From contig JAQVTI010000009.1 of assembly GCA_028700115.1 (NCBI GenBank), positions 1-32,000 of the forward strand: DNA of 32,000 bases. The letters run 5' to 3'. The position numbers and the translations under genes are program-made. The notes under the pieces are model-generated. The model worked only from the letters and a program-made list of their open reading frames with translations. It had not been told where the DNA came from and did not search any database. Below are positions 16,917 to 25,544 of this stretch, in pieces. This DNA comes from Candidatus Iainarchaeum sp. (GTDB taxonomy: Archaea; Iainarchaeota; Iainarchaeia; Iainarchaeales; CSSED10-239). The first letter of the stretch is position 1, and every line of letters starts with the position of its first letter.

Positions 16917-17507
16917 ATGAGTGTTGAGAAAAATAATTGGGTAGAAATTGAATACGAAGGAAGTTTTGATGATGGAAAAGTATTTGATACAAACAAAGGT
17001 AAAGATCCTCTTAAATTTAGAATAGGAAGCAGAATGGTTATTCCTGGATTTGAAAATGCAGTAATTGGTATGAAAGAAGGAGAAGAAAAAGAAGTTAAAC
17101 TTACTCCTGGTGAAGCATATGGTCCAAAAAACGAAGAAGTTGTAGATTTACCAAAATCAGCTTTTGCTTCTCTAGAAGGTCTAGAAGAAGGAAAAGAACT
17201 TGAAATCATGACAAACATGGGTCCTATGTTAATTGAAGTTAAAAAATTAGAAGAAGAAAACATAAAAGCTGTTTTAAATCATCCTATGGCTGGTAAAAAT
17301 TTAAATTTTAAAATTAAATTAATTAGAGTTTTACCAGAAGAAGAAGCTAAAAAAGAAGATGAATTATTTGCTCAAAGAATAAAAGATATGCAAGAGCAAA
17401 TGGCAAAAGCTCAAGAAGAACATAACCATGAAGGATGCGATTGTGGAGATGATTCTTGTAATGATGAATCATGTTCATGTGAAGATAAGGAAGAAAAGAA
17501 AGAATAA
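16917..17507 (+). CDS. slyD: FKBP-type peptidyl-prolyl cis-trans isomerase, SlyD-like, with Cys/His/Asp-rich tail
   Basis: VEIEYEGSFDDGKVFDTN...LKFRIGSRMVIPGFENAVIGMKEGEEKEVKLTPGEAYG. Tail HNHEGCDCGDDSCNDESCSCED. Confidence 0.85.
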   Translation: MSVEKNNWVEIEYEGSFDDGKVFDTNKGKDPLKFRIGSRMVIPGFENAVIGMKEGEEKEVKLTPGEAYGPKNEEVVDLPKSAFASLEGLEEGKELEIMTNMGPMLIEVKKLEEENIKAVLNHPMAGKNLNFKIKLIRVLPEEEAKKEDELFAQRIKDMQEQMAKAQEEHNHEGCDCGDDSCNDESCSCEDKEEKKE

Positions 17508-17545
17508 TTTCTTTCTTTTTTTATATTTTTTTATAAGTGATTTTT

Positions 17546-17704
17546 ATGAAAGTTTATGTGTGTTATCATATTATGAGGGATAAAAAATCATTTACAATAG
17601 ATTTAGTTACTAGTTCTAAGAAAAAAGCAGACGAATGGTTTAAAGAAAACGATCCATATCTTTGGAGTGATGCAAAGATAGAGGAACATGAAGTTACTGA
17701 ATAA
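17546..17704 (+). CDS. hypothetical small protein (52 aa)
   Basis: Hand translation gives MKVYVCYHIMRDKKSFTIDLVTSSKKKADEWFKENDPYLWSDAKIEEHEVTE*. Composition is non-repetitive and core-like. No homology can be asserted. Confidence 0.25.
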   Translation: MKVYVCYHIMRDKKSFTIDLVTSSKKKADEWFKENDPYLWSDAKIEEHEVTE

Positions 17705-17794
17705 CTTCATTTAATATTTTTCTATTTTTAATAGTTTACGTTATAACGTTAACTTTTAATGAATAGTTAACGGTATACTGTTAACTTTTATGTG

Positions 17795-17849
17795 AATAAT
17801 TCCTTTTCGTATTGAGTAAATTTTAATTATTTTCCCTTTGCCAAAAGGA
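17795..17849. repeat. 55-bp direct repeat, left copy, flanking ATPase paralog 2
   Basis: aataattccttttcgtattgagtaaattttaattattttccctttgccaaaagga matches 19152-19206 at about 50 of 55 positions. The unit's own ends are inverted (attccttttcg / ccaaaaggaat). Confidence 0.6.
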
Positions 17850-17884
17850 ATATATTTATATATGTTTTTATATATAATTTTAAT

Positions 17885-19144
17885 ATGGATAAAGATTATT
17901 TAGAAAGAATAATTTTAGATCAGTCTGAAGATCTTAAACAAATAGATTTAGGTTTACCTAGAGATAAACTTTTAGATTTAGATACTCAAATTAAATCAAA
18001 AATAAATATAATAATTACAGGTGTTAGGCGTTGTGGTAAATCTACTTTATTATTACAAATAATGAATAAATATTATAAAAATAAATTTTATTATTTAAGA
18101 TTTGCAGATGAAAGACTTTCAGATATAAAAATAGATGATTATCAAAAAATATATGAAATATTTCAATCAAATTTTAATATGAATAATATATTTTTTTTTG
18201 ATGAAATACAAGGTAAACCTAATTGGGATAAATTTGTTAATAGATTGTATGAAACTGGAAATAAATTTTATATAACTGGATCAAATTCAGAATTATTAAG
18301 TAAAGAAATATCTACTTATCTTACAGGAAGACATTTAGATGTTGAATTATATCCTTTTTCTTTTAAAGAATATTTAAATTTTAAAAAGATTAATTTAGAT
18401 TATAGATATTCAAAAAATTTAATAAAAATAGAAAAAGAACTAAATAACTATATAAAAATAGGTGGTTTTCCACAAGTTGTTGTTGAAAATAATTTAGTAT
18501 TACTTGAAGAAATATATGAAGATATAATTAATAAAGATATTTTATTAAGATATAATTTAAATGATGTAGCTATTTTTAAAAAAATAGCATTATTTTTAAT
18601 ATCAAATATATCAAAAGAATTTTCATATAATTCTATTAAGAAAATGTACGATATAGGTAATTCTGATACTGTTAGAAATTATGTTTATTATCTTAAAAAT
18701 GCTTATTTATTATTTGAATTACCTAAATATGACTATTCTTTGAAAAAACAAGAAAGTTATTCTAAAAAGATTTATGCTATAGATACTGGTTTAATAAATA
18801 AGTTGGCTTTTTCTTTTTCTGAGAATATAGGTCGGCTTTATGAAAATTTAGTTTTTATAGAATTAAAAAGAAGAAATAAAAGGATATATTTTTGGAAAGA
18901 TAAATCTAATTATGAAATAGATTTTATAATTTTAGAAAAAAATAAAGTGACTTCTTTAATACAAGTTGTATATGATTTAAGTGATTTAAAAACAAAAGAA
19001 AGAGAAATAAGAGGCTTAATTTCTGGTTTAAAAGAATTTAAGCTTAAAGAAGGTATAATAATTACAAAAGATTTAGACAAAAAAGAAAAAATAGATAATT
19101 TAACTATAAAATATATACCTTTATGGAAATGGTTATTAGAATAA
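17885..19144 (+). CDS. AAA+ ATPase, AAA_14/DUF4143 family (paralog 2)
   Basis: TGVRRCGKST Walker A. Same length and end (KYIPLWKWLLE) as 1780-3042. Confidence 0.8.
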   Translation: MDKDYLERIILDQSEDLKQIDLGLPRDKLLDLDTQIKSKINIIITGVRRCGKSTLLLQIMNKYYKNKFYYLRFADERLSDIKIDDYQKIYEIFQSNFNMNNIFFFDEIQGKPNWDKFVNRLYETGNKFYITGSNSELLSKEISTYLTGRHLDVELYPFSFKEYLNFKKINLDYRYSKNLIKIEKELNNYIKIGGFPQVVVENNLVLLEEIYEDIINKDILLRYNLNDVAIFKKIALFLISNISKEFSYNSIKKMYDIGNSDTVRNYVYYLKNAYLLFELPKYDYSLKKQESYSKKIYAIDTGLINKLAFSFSENIGRLYENLVFIELKRRNKRIYFWKDKSNYEIDFIILEKNKVTSLIQVVYDLSDLKTKEREIRGLISGLKEFKLKEGIIITKDLDKKEKIDNLTIKYIPLWKWLLE

Positions 19145-19151
19145 TTTTTTA

Positions 19152-19206
19152 AATAATTCCTTTTGGTATTGAGTAAATATTAGATATTTTCCCTTTGCTA
19201 AAAGGA
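19152..19206. repeat. 55-bp direct repeat, right copy
   Basis: aataattccttttggtattgagtaaatattagatattttccctttgctaaaagga begins 8 nt after the ATPase stop. Confidence 0.6.
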
Positions 19207-19389
19207 TAATTTTATTCATTGGTATTGAACAAATTTCTTGTTTTTGTTCATTTTAAATGAACAAATCTTTTATTTTTAATTTGTATATTTATTTTAGAAT
19301 CCTTTTTTTTAATTTTTTCTAAAATAAACCTATTTTTAAATATTCTTTGTTTCTATATTATATATATTATATATTATGGAGGACTATAT

Positions 19390-20682
19390 ATGTTAGATAT
19401 AAAATATATCAGAGAATATCCTGATAAAGTAAAAGAAAACCTAGAAAAGAAAAATAGATCAGATAAGTCCTTTTTAGTTGATGATATTTTAAAATTAGAT
19501 GAAGATTATAGAGCTTTAATAAAAATTGTAAATGATTTAAAACATCAAAGAAATAAAATTACAGAAAACATAAAACAAGAAAAAATAAAAGGAAATGATA
19601 CTTCTGATTTAATCTTAGAAGCAAAAGAACTTCCTGGTAAAATAAAAGAAAAAGACGAAGAATTAAAAGCTCTAAAACTAGAACTTCTAAAATTACAAAA
19701 CCAAATACCAAACATAGTAAGTCCAGAGACACCTTTAGGAAAAGATGAATCTGAAAACAAAGAGATTGAAATGTATGGTGAGATTGTAAAAAAAGATTTT
19801 AAAATAAAGCATCATGGTGAAATTTTAGAAAAACTAAATGTTTTAGATCTAGATTCAGCTAGAGAAAACTCAGGAAAGGGATTTTATTATTTAAAAGGAG
19901 ATTTAGCTCTTTTAAATAATGCACTTATTAGATATGCACAAGATATCTTTGCAAAAAAAGGATATACATTTATCTTACCTCCTTTAATGATAAATAAACA
20001 AGCATGTGATGGTGTTATTGATTTTGAGTTTTTTAGAGATATGGTTTATAAGATAGAAAATGAAGACTTATATCTAATAGGTACATCAGAACATCCATTA
20101 ATTGCAATGTTTATAAATAAAGTTATTCCTGAAGAAAACTTGCCTATTAAGCTATATGGATTTTCAAGTTGTTTTAGAAAAGAAATAGGTGCTCATGGAC
20201 TTGATGAGAGAGGGCTTTTTAGACTTCATCAATTTGATAAGGTTGAACAAGTTGTAATCTGTAAGCCAGATGAATCTATTCAAATATTTGATGAACTTAA
20301 AAACAATACTGTAGATTTATTTAAATCTCTAGGGCTTCCTACAAGGGTTTTAGAACTTTGTACAGGAGATTTAGGAGATCATAAGTATAGACAAGTAGAT
20401 ATTGAAGTTTTTTCACCTAGAAAAAATGACTTTATTGAAGTAGGTTCTTGTTCAAACTTAACAGAAGCTCAAGCAATTGGTCTAAATATTAAGGTAAAAA
20501 ACAAACAATCTGAAAAATACTATGCACATACACTAAATAACACTGGAATTGCAACACAAAGAGCACTTGTTGCAATTGTAGAAAACTTTCAAACAGAAAA
20601 AGGAACAATTAAGGTTCCAGATGTTTTAGTGCCTTATATGTATGGAAAAGAAGAGATAGAAGTTAATCCTTCTTTCTTTTAA
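19390..20682 (+). CDS. serS: seryl-tRNA synthetase
   Basis: MLDIKYIREYPDKVKENLEKK plus a coiled-coil arm. Class II core: FRKEIGAHGLDERGLFRLHQFDKVE...TLNNTGIATQRALVAIVEN. Confidence 0.9.
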   Translation: MLDIKYIREYPDKVKENLEKKNRSDKSFLVDDILKLDEDYRALIKIVNDLKHQRNKITENIKQEKIKGNDTSDLILEAKELPGKIKEKDEELKALKLELLKLQNQIPNIVSPETPLGKDESENKEIEMYGEIVKKDFKIKHHGEILEKLNVLDLDSARENSGKGFYYLKGDLALLNNALIRYAQDIFAKKGYTFILPPLMINKQACDGVIDFEFFRDMVYKIENEDLYLIGTSEHPLIAMFINKVIPEENLPIKLYGFSSCFRKEIGAHGLDERGLFRLHQFDKVEQVVICKPDESIQIFDELKNNTVDLFKSLGLPTRVLELCTGDLGDHKYRQVDIEVFSPRKNDFIEVGSCSNLTEAQAIGLNIKVKNKQSEKYYAHTLNNTGIATQRALVAIVENFQTEKGTIKVPDVLVPYMYGKEEIEVNPSFF

Positions 20683-20723
20683 TTTTTTTTAAATAAATAA
20701 ATTATAAAAAATTATAGGTTAAG

Positions 20724-21134
20724 ATGCAAATGATAAAAGAAGACTGTATATTTTGTAAAATTGCACAAAAGCAAATTCCTTCAGCAATAATTTATGAAGA
20801 TGATAATTATTTAGCTTTTTTAGATAGAAATCCAATGCATCCTGGACACACTTTATTAATTCCTAAAGAGCATACAGATTATATATTTGATTTAAATGAT
20901 GAAAAACTAAGTGAACTTTTTATAATTTCTAAAAAGGTAAGTCAAATTCTAAAAAAAGCAACTAATTGTGAAAAAGTAGGAATTGCTGTGGAAGGTTTTC
21001 TAGTAAGACATGTTCATGTGCATTTAGTTCCATTAAATAATGGAGATTCACTAGATCCTTGTTTACAAAAACCAGCAGAACAAAGTGAACTTGATAGTGT
21101 TTATGAAAAAATAATTAAATCTAAAGAAAAGTAA
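20724..21134 (+). CDS. HIT family hydrolase
   Basis: CIFCKI...HPGHTLLIPKEH...RHVHVHLVP (histidine triad). Confidence 0.85.
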   Translation: MQMIKEDCIFCKIAQKQIPSAIIYEDDNYLAFLDRNPMHPGHTLLIPKEHTDYIFDLNDEKLSELFIISKKVSQILKKATNCEKVGIAVEGFLVRHVHVHLVPLNNGDSLDPCLQKPAEQSELDSVYEKIIKSKEK

Positions 21135-21255
21135 ATTAATTTTTGGAAAATTTAACCTGGATTAAAAGAAAAATTTTTGGACTTTAAAAAATAAAACTAT
21201 AATGTTATTAATTGTTGGATTTGGGGCTTTAATTAATACTATAATTTATATTATT

Positions 21256-22185
21256 TTATTGTTGTTTATTATAAACTTTAACTATTTTTTTATAAAATTT
21301 ACACATTTCCATAAATTGATTAGGATTTGTCTTTTCTAAAAATTTGCACCCTCCTTTACAGTAATTCCATATTTCGCAATTTTTATTTAAACATATATTA
21401 ATATTATTTATTTTTTTTAGATTATATTTTTTATACATTGTTAATAAATGACATCTATCATAACTACCATCTGGAAATATTCCATAAGTTGTATTTTCAT
21501 AATAACCACAAAATTTATTTTTATTTAATTTATTATCTAAATAATTAAAAAAATAATTTGAAAATGGGGATATTTTTATATTTTTTTTATGAAGTGAAAG
21601 TATGTATTCTATATCTTTAATAGTTATTCTTTTTATAGAATTTATATTGGAAAAATTAAATCCTATGTAATTTGGATTTAATTTTAATAAATTAATTATA
21701 TTCTTTTTAAAATTAATTTTTGTAGATATTGTGGATGATATTTGTAATTGTATCCCTCCTTTTTTAATTAATTTAGCATTTGTTATAAGTTTTTTTATAT
21801 TGGTTGATCTATTTTTTAAATTAGTTTCAATAGGGTCAATACTTATAGTTATATTTTTAATACCCCAATTTTTAAGTTTTTTAATTGTATTTTTGTTAAT
21901 TAAAGTTCCATTTGTAATTATATTAAAATTGTAAATACCTAGTAATTTTAATCTTATTATAATTTTTTTAATGTTTTTTAAGTCTAATAAAGGTTCTCCA
22001 CCATAAAAAATAATTGTAGAATCCGATCTATATTTTTTTGGAACTAATAAGTTAATAGAATTTATAATATTATTTATGTCAAATGCATTTTTTTTATTTA
22101 ATAAATTAATTTTTTTTAAATAACAATATTTACAATTTAAGTTACAATTATATGTAGTTATTATAAATAATTTATATTTTTTCAT
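21256..22185 (-). CDS. radical SAM enzyme with SPASM/twitch-type C-terminus (cluster 2, distal)
   Basis: CNLNCKYC (CX3CX2C), YGGEPLL, and C-terminal CLNKNCEIWNYCKGGCKF. Confidence 0.8.
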   Translation of the reverse strand: MKKYKLFIITTYNCNLNCKYCYLKKINLLNKKNAFDINNIINSINLLVPKKYRSDSTIIFYGGEPLLDLKNIKKIIIRLKLLGIYNFNIITNGTLINKNTIKKLKNWGIKNITISIDPIETNLKNRSTNIKKLITNAKLIKKGGIQLQISSTISTKINFKKNIINLLKLNPNYIGFNFSNINSIKRITIKDIEYILSLHKKNIKISPFSNYFFNYLDNKLNKNKFCGYYENTTYGIFPDGSYDRCHLLTMYKKYNLKKINNINICLNKNCEIWNYCKGGCKFLEKTNPNQFMEMCKFYKKIVKVYNKQQ

Positions 22186-22619
22186 AATTCTTCTAAAATA
22201 TTAATGGTTTTTTCTAAATTATAATTTATAAATAAATTATCTCTTTTATTTTTATAATTTTTTATTAATTTATTTATATTATCGTTAATTAATATTGGAT
22301 CACAATTTAGAAATAATAATTTTTTACAGTTATTATAAAAATATGTGGTTAACAATAAATTATCTAGTATGTTATAATTTATTTTAACAAAAGTATTTAC
22401 CGATAAAGGATAAATTAAAATTAAATTTGGTTTTGGAATTGAATTAATATTACTCCATTCTATTTTTCTATTTTTTAAAAATTTGAATTTATTTAAATTA
22501 AATAAATTATATGAATTATTTGAAATACAATAATATACTTTATTTTTTTTAAGGATATTGTTAATTTTATCTAAATTCAATATATTTTGACCAGCACAAA
22601 CTAAAACATATATAATCAT
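22182..22619 (-). CDS. HFCD-type flavoprotein-like protein (LanD/EpiD/CoaC family), short form
   Basis: MIIYVLVCAGQN (Rossmann start) and YPLSVNTFVKINYNILDNLLLTT, compared with the family signature PASANT..K.A.G..DNLLT recalled from EpiD/Dfp. 145 aa, shorter than typical members. Confidence 0.5.
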   Translation of the reverse strand: MIIYVLVCAGQNILNLDKINNILKKNKVYYCISNNSYNLFNLNKFKFLKNRKIEWSNINSIPKPNLILIYPLSVNTFVKINYNILDNLLLTTYFYNNCKKLLFLNCDPILINDNINKLIKNYKNKRDNLFINYNLEKTINILEEL

Positions 22620-22948
22620 AAATTATCAATTGTAATGGTTTTTTTATTAAAATCAATTATTAATTTTTTATTATTTTTAAACAAATTTATATTATCTACT
22701 TTTATTAAAAATATTTTTTTTTCTCTAGCAAATATACTCATGTGACTTAAATAACTTCCATTTTCAATAATTCCCCCTAATGAATAAAGTAAATATGGAG
22801 AATCCATAGGGGTTAGGGATTTAGAAATTAGAATTTTATCTTTAATTTTATTTAAATTTGTATTATTTTTTAAAATCAAAGATTTTCCAGAAATTATTTT
22901 TGTCATATTAGATTTACTTAATATTTCAAATTTAATTTTATTTATCAT
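22616..22948 (-). CDS. stand-alone PEP-utilising enzyme mobile (swivel) domain protein, paralog of 7760-8074
   Basis: DKILISKSLTPMDSPYLLYSLGGIIENGSYLSHMSIFAREKKIFLI keeps the SH...ARE core of the swivel domain. Confidence 0.65.
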   Translation of the reverse strand: MINKIKFEILSKSNMTKIISGKSLILKNNTNLNKIKDKILISKSLTPMDSPYLLYSLGGIIENGSYLSHMSIFAREKKIFLIKVDNINLFKNNKKLIIDFNKKTITIDNL

Positions 22949-22951
22949 TTA

Positions 22952-23833
22952 TTATTCCTCTAAAAGATATTTTATGAAGTTATGTGTATTTTTAATTACT
23001 TTTGTTTTATTTTCAATAAATATACTTGCATCTTTATCAGTATCTACATTTAAATATTTGTTTACATCTAAAATATATTTATTTTTTAAATTAATATGAG
23101 TTGTGAATTGGTTATAAACATAATTAACTTTATCTTTATTTAATTTTAATTTTATATTTTTTTTAAGATTTATTAAATGTAGTGATAATTCATTTATTAA
23201 TTTATTTGGATTTATGGTTTTATTATTTTTCATAATTAAAAAATCATTTATTTCTTCTACTTTAAATATATGTCCAAAAAAGCTAATATCTGGTTTTTTT
23301 ATATAATTACTTATTAAAATATATTTTTGATTATTAATATTATATTCTCTATATAATTTCCCATTAAATGTGTATATGTTAAATCCAACTCCTCTAAAAA
23401 TTGGAAAATAAATTTCATTTAAATTATCTAATAAAAATACTGTAGAATAATATAATTCTCTATTTTTAATAAATCTACCTAATTTTAAGTCTTTATTTGG
23501 ATTTAATTTTAAATCCATTGTTTTTTCTAATGTTATGTCTTCATATTTATCAATTAAATAAGTTATTATTTTTTTAAAATATTTTTTTTGTGTAATTTTA
23601 TTTGTTTTTTTATTTATTAACATTAGTAAATATGATCTTAATTCAAAAAAAGAAATATTTGATATATTATTATCAATATAATCTTTAAGATATGGTGTGA
23701 AATTTTCTGCGAATATATTAGAAATTATGGTTGATGATAATGGCCAATTATGAATTGTAGAACCAGATATACATAGATAAAACATATCTTTACTTATTTT
23801 ATTACAAATTTTATTTATTAATTTCTTTTCCAT
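22952..23833 (-). CDS. unknown-family protein, partner of the swivel domain (paralog of 8058-9065)
   Basis: ATG at 23833 (MEKKLINKICNK..) is preferred because it abuts the upstream stop and aligns with the cluster 1 paralog. See the shared segments listed for 8058-9065. Confidence 0.6.
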   Translation of the reverse strand: MEKKLINKICNKISKDMFYLCISGSTIHNWPLSSTIISNIFAENFTPYLKDYIDNNISNISFFELRSYLLMLINKKTNKITQKKYFKKIITYLIDKYEDITLEKTMDLKLNPNKDLKLGRFIKNRELYYSTVFLLDNLNEIYFPIFRGVGFNIYTFNGKLYREYNINNQKYILISNYIKKPDISFFGHIFKVEEINDFLIMKNNKTINPNKLINELSLHLINLKKNIKLKLNKDKVNYVYNQFTTHINLKNKYILDVNKYLNVDTDKDASIFIENKTKVIKNTHNFIKYLLEE

Positions 23834-23834
23834 G

Positions 23835-24401
23835 TTATTCTGCCTTATATTTAAGTAATATATATTTATTTTCTTTAAAATAAATTTCAACACCAATATT
23901 TATTAAATCTATTGCCCTTATAGGTAATAAATTTTCACATAAAATTTTATTTTTGTAATTATTAGATAAATTTTGCCAATAATTATTTATAAATTTATTA
24001 TATTCTAAATTACTTAATTTTTTCTTAATTTTATTTAGGATTTCAGTTTCTTTTTTTTTATTAATTGAAATTATATGATAAAAAATACCTTTGTCTTTTA
24101 ATAATGATTTACATTTTTTAATAAATTTTATGCCATTATTTTTGAAATATATATCATTAAATAAATTTACTGAATATATTATATCATATTTTGTTTTATT
24201 AAAATTATATTTTAAAAAATCTGATTTTATATAATGTATTTTTTTTGTTTTTAAATTATTTATTTGAATTAAATCTAATAAAGTTATTTTATGGCCTTTA
24301 TTTAATAATTTTAAATAGTTTTTATTGTTATTAACCCCTATTTCTAATATATTTAAATTTAAAGTACTTGAAATATCATTATATATAATATCATATAACA
24401 T
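23835..24401 (-). CDS. methyltransferase-like protein (class I fold, degenerate SAM motif)
   Basis: LNILEIGVNNNKNY..HKITLLDL, YDIIYSVNLFNDIY and LLKDKGIFY follow the motif I / post-I / II-III order, but the GxGxG motif is not intact. Confidence 0.45.
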   Translation of the reverse strand: MLYDIIYNDISSTLNLNILEIGVNNNKNYLKLLNKGHKITLLDLIQINNLKTKKIHYIKSDFLKYNFNKTKYDIIYSVNLFNDIYFKNNGIKFIKKCKSLLKDKGIFYHIISINKKKETEILNKIKKKLSNLEYNKFINNYWQNLSNNYKNKILCENLLPIRAIDLINIGVEIYFKENKYILLKYKAE

Positions 24402-25536
24402 ATTTATCTTTTATTTTTATGATTTTGTTAAATAATTTATTGGTTACCGTACATAAAGGATCTGATCCTAAAAGTTCTTGTGCATAGATACAACCTCCAT
24501 ATCTTGCACACAAAGAATTATTTTTCAAATAACAATTTTTACAATCGTTTATTTTATAAGAATTATATAATTTGTTTTTTATATTATATATTTCTTTTAA
24601 ATCATTAATAAACTTTATATTTCCTAATTTATGTTTTTCTAAACCTACAAATCTATTACATAAGTAAATGTCTCCATTATTATTAATACCTAACATATTA
24701 TCTTTAGTAATACAACTAGTAGTAAATCTACAATTAGGTAAAGGCATATTAAAAAAAATAGCATCAATATAACTATCAAAATCTTTTATAGTAATTTTTT
24801 TATTTTCTAAATAATAGTTAAAACAATCGTATAAGAATTGCACATATTTATTAACTAAATTATTATCTACAATATTTTTTCCTCTTCCTACTGGATACAT
24901 TAAATTTATTTGTAAATCTACATTTAAATTATTATAAAAATCTATGTAATTTATAGGTTTTATTTTGTTTACAGTAAAATTATTTAATGTAGATAATACA
25001 TTAAATTTATTCTTATTTTTTTTAAGTATATTAATACCTCTTATAACTTGATTAAAAGAACTAAAATCATTTTTATTAACTCTATATTTGTCATTAATAA
25101 ATTTTGGTCCATCTAAACTTACCCCTATAGCAAAATTATTTTTTTTAAAAAATTTAGAATAATCTTCATCTATTAAAGTTCCATTTGTTTGAATTTTATT
25201 TACAAAATGAATATTTTTTGGGAATATATCTTTTTGTAAATCAATTATATTTTTATAAAAATCTAACCCAGCTAAAAGTGGTTCTCCTCCATGCCAGGCA
25301 TATTCTAAAGTTAGAAATCGCGGATTATATTTTTTGACTTTATTTATATCTTTTTTAGAATATATTGAATTTATATAATCTAAATTTTTATAAAATTCAT
25401 TAATAGTTAAATTAAATATTTTTTTAATTACATCTATAGATATTAAATCATATTTTTGATTGTATGAACCGTATGTATAACAATATTTACAATTTAAATT
25501 GCATGCATTTCCAACAGGTCTTATTGAATATCCCAT
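24391..25536 (-). CDS. radical SAM enzyme with SPASM domain (anSME/peptide-maturase-like; cluster 2, proximal)
   Basis: CNLNCKYC (CX3CX2C), HGGEPLL, and C-terminal CRFTTSC...LCNRF...CKNCYLKNNSLCARYGGCIYA. Confidence 0.85.
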   Translation of the reverse strand: MGYSIRPVGNACNLNCKYCYTYGSYNQKYDLISIDVIKKIFNLTINEFYKNLDYINSIYSKKDINKVKKYNPRFLTLEYAWHGGEPLLAGLDFYKNIIDLQKDIFPKNIHFVNKIQTNGTLIDEDYSKFFKKNNFAIGVSLDGPKFINDKYRVNKNDFSSFNQVIRGINILKKNKNKFNVLSTLNNFTVNKIKPINYIDFYNNLNVDLQINLMYPVGRGKNIVDNNLVNKYVQFLYDCFNYYLENKKITIKDFDSYIDAIFFNMPLPNCRFTTSCITKDNMLGINNNGDIYLCNRFVGLEKHKLGNIKFINDLKEIYNIKNKLYNSYKINDCKNCYLKNNSLCARYGGCIYAQELLGSDPLCTVTNKLFNKIIKIKDKYVI

Positions 25537-25544
25537 ATTATTTT

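Noticed and set aside
16322-17263. Track ORFs 16322-16708 (+) and 16886-17263 (-)
   Set aside because: The first is antisense to the NifX-like gene and the hand-found DUF5320-like gene. The second is antisense to the SlyD-type FKBP gene. Neither has any motif.
21202-21339. 45-codon hydrophobic plus-strand ORF (MLLIVGFGALINTIIYIILLLF...) at the cluster 2 edge
   Set aside because: It overlaps the 3' end of the radical-SAM gene on the opposite strand and has no supporting signal.
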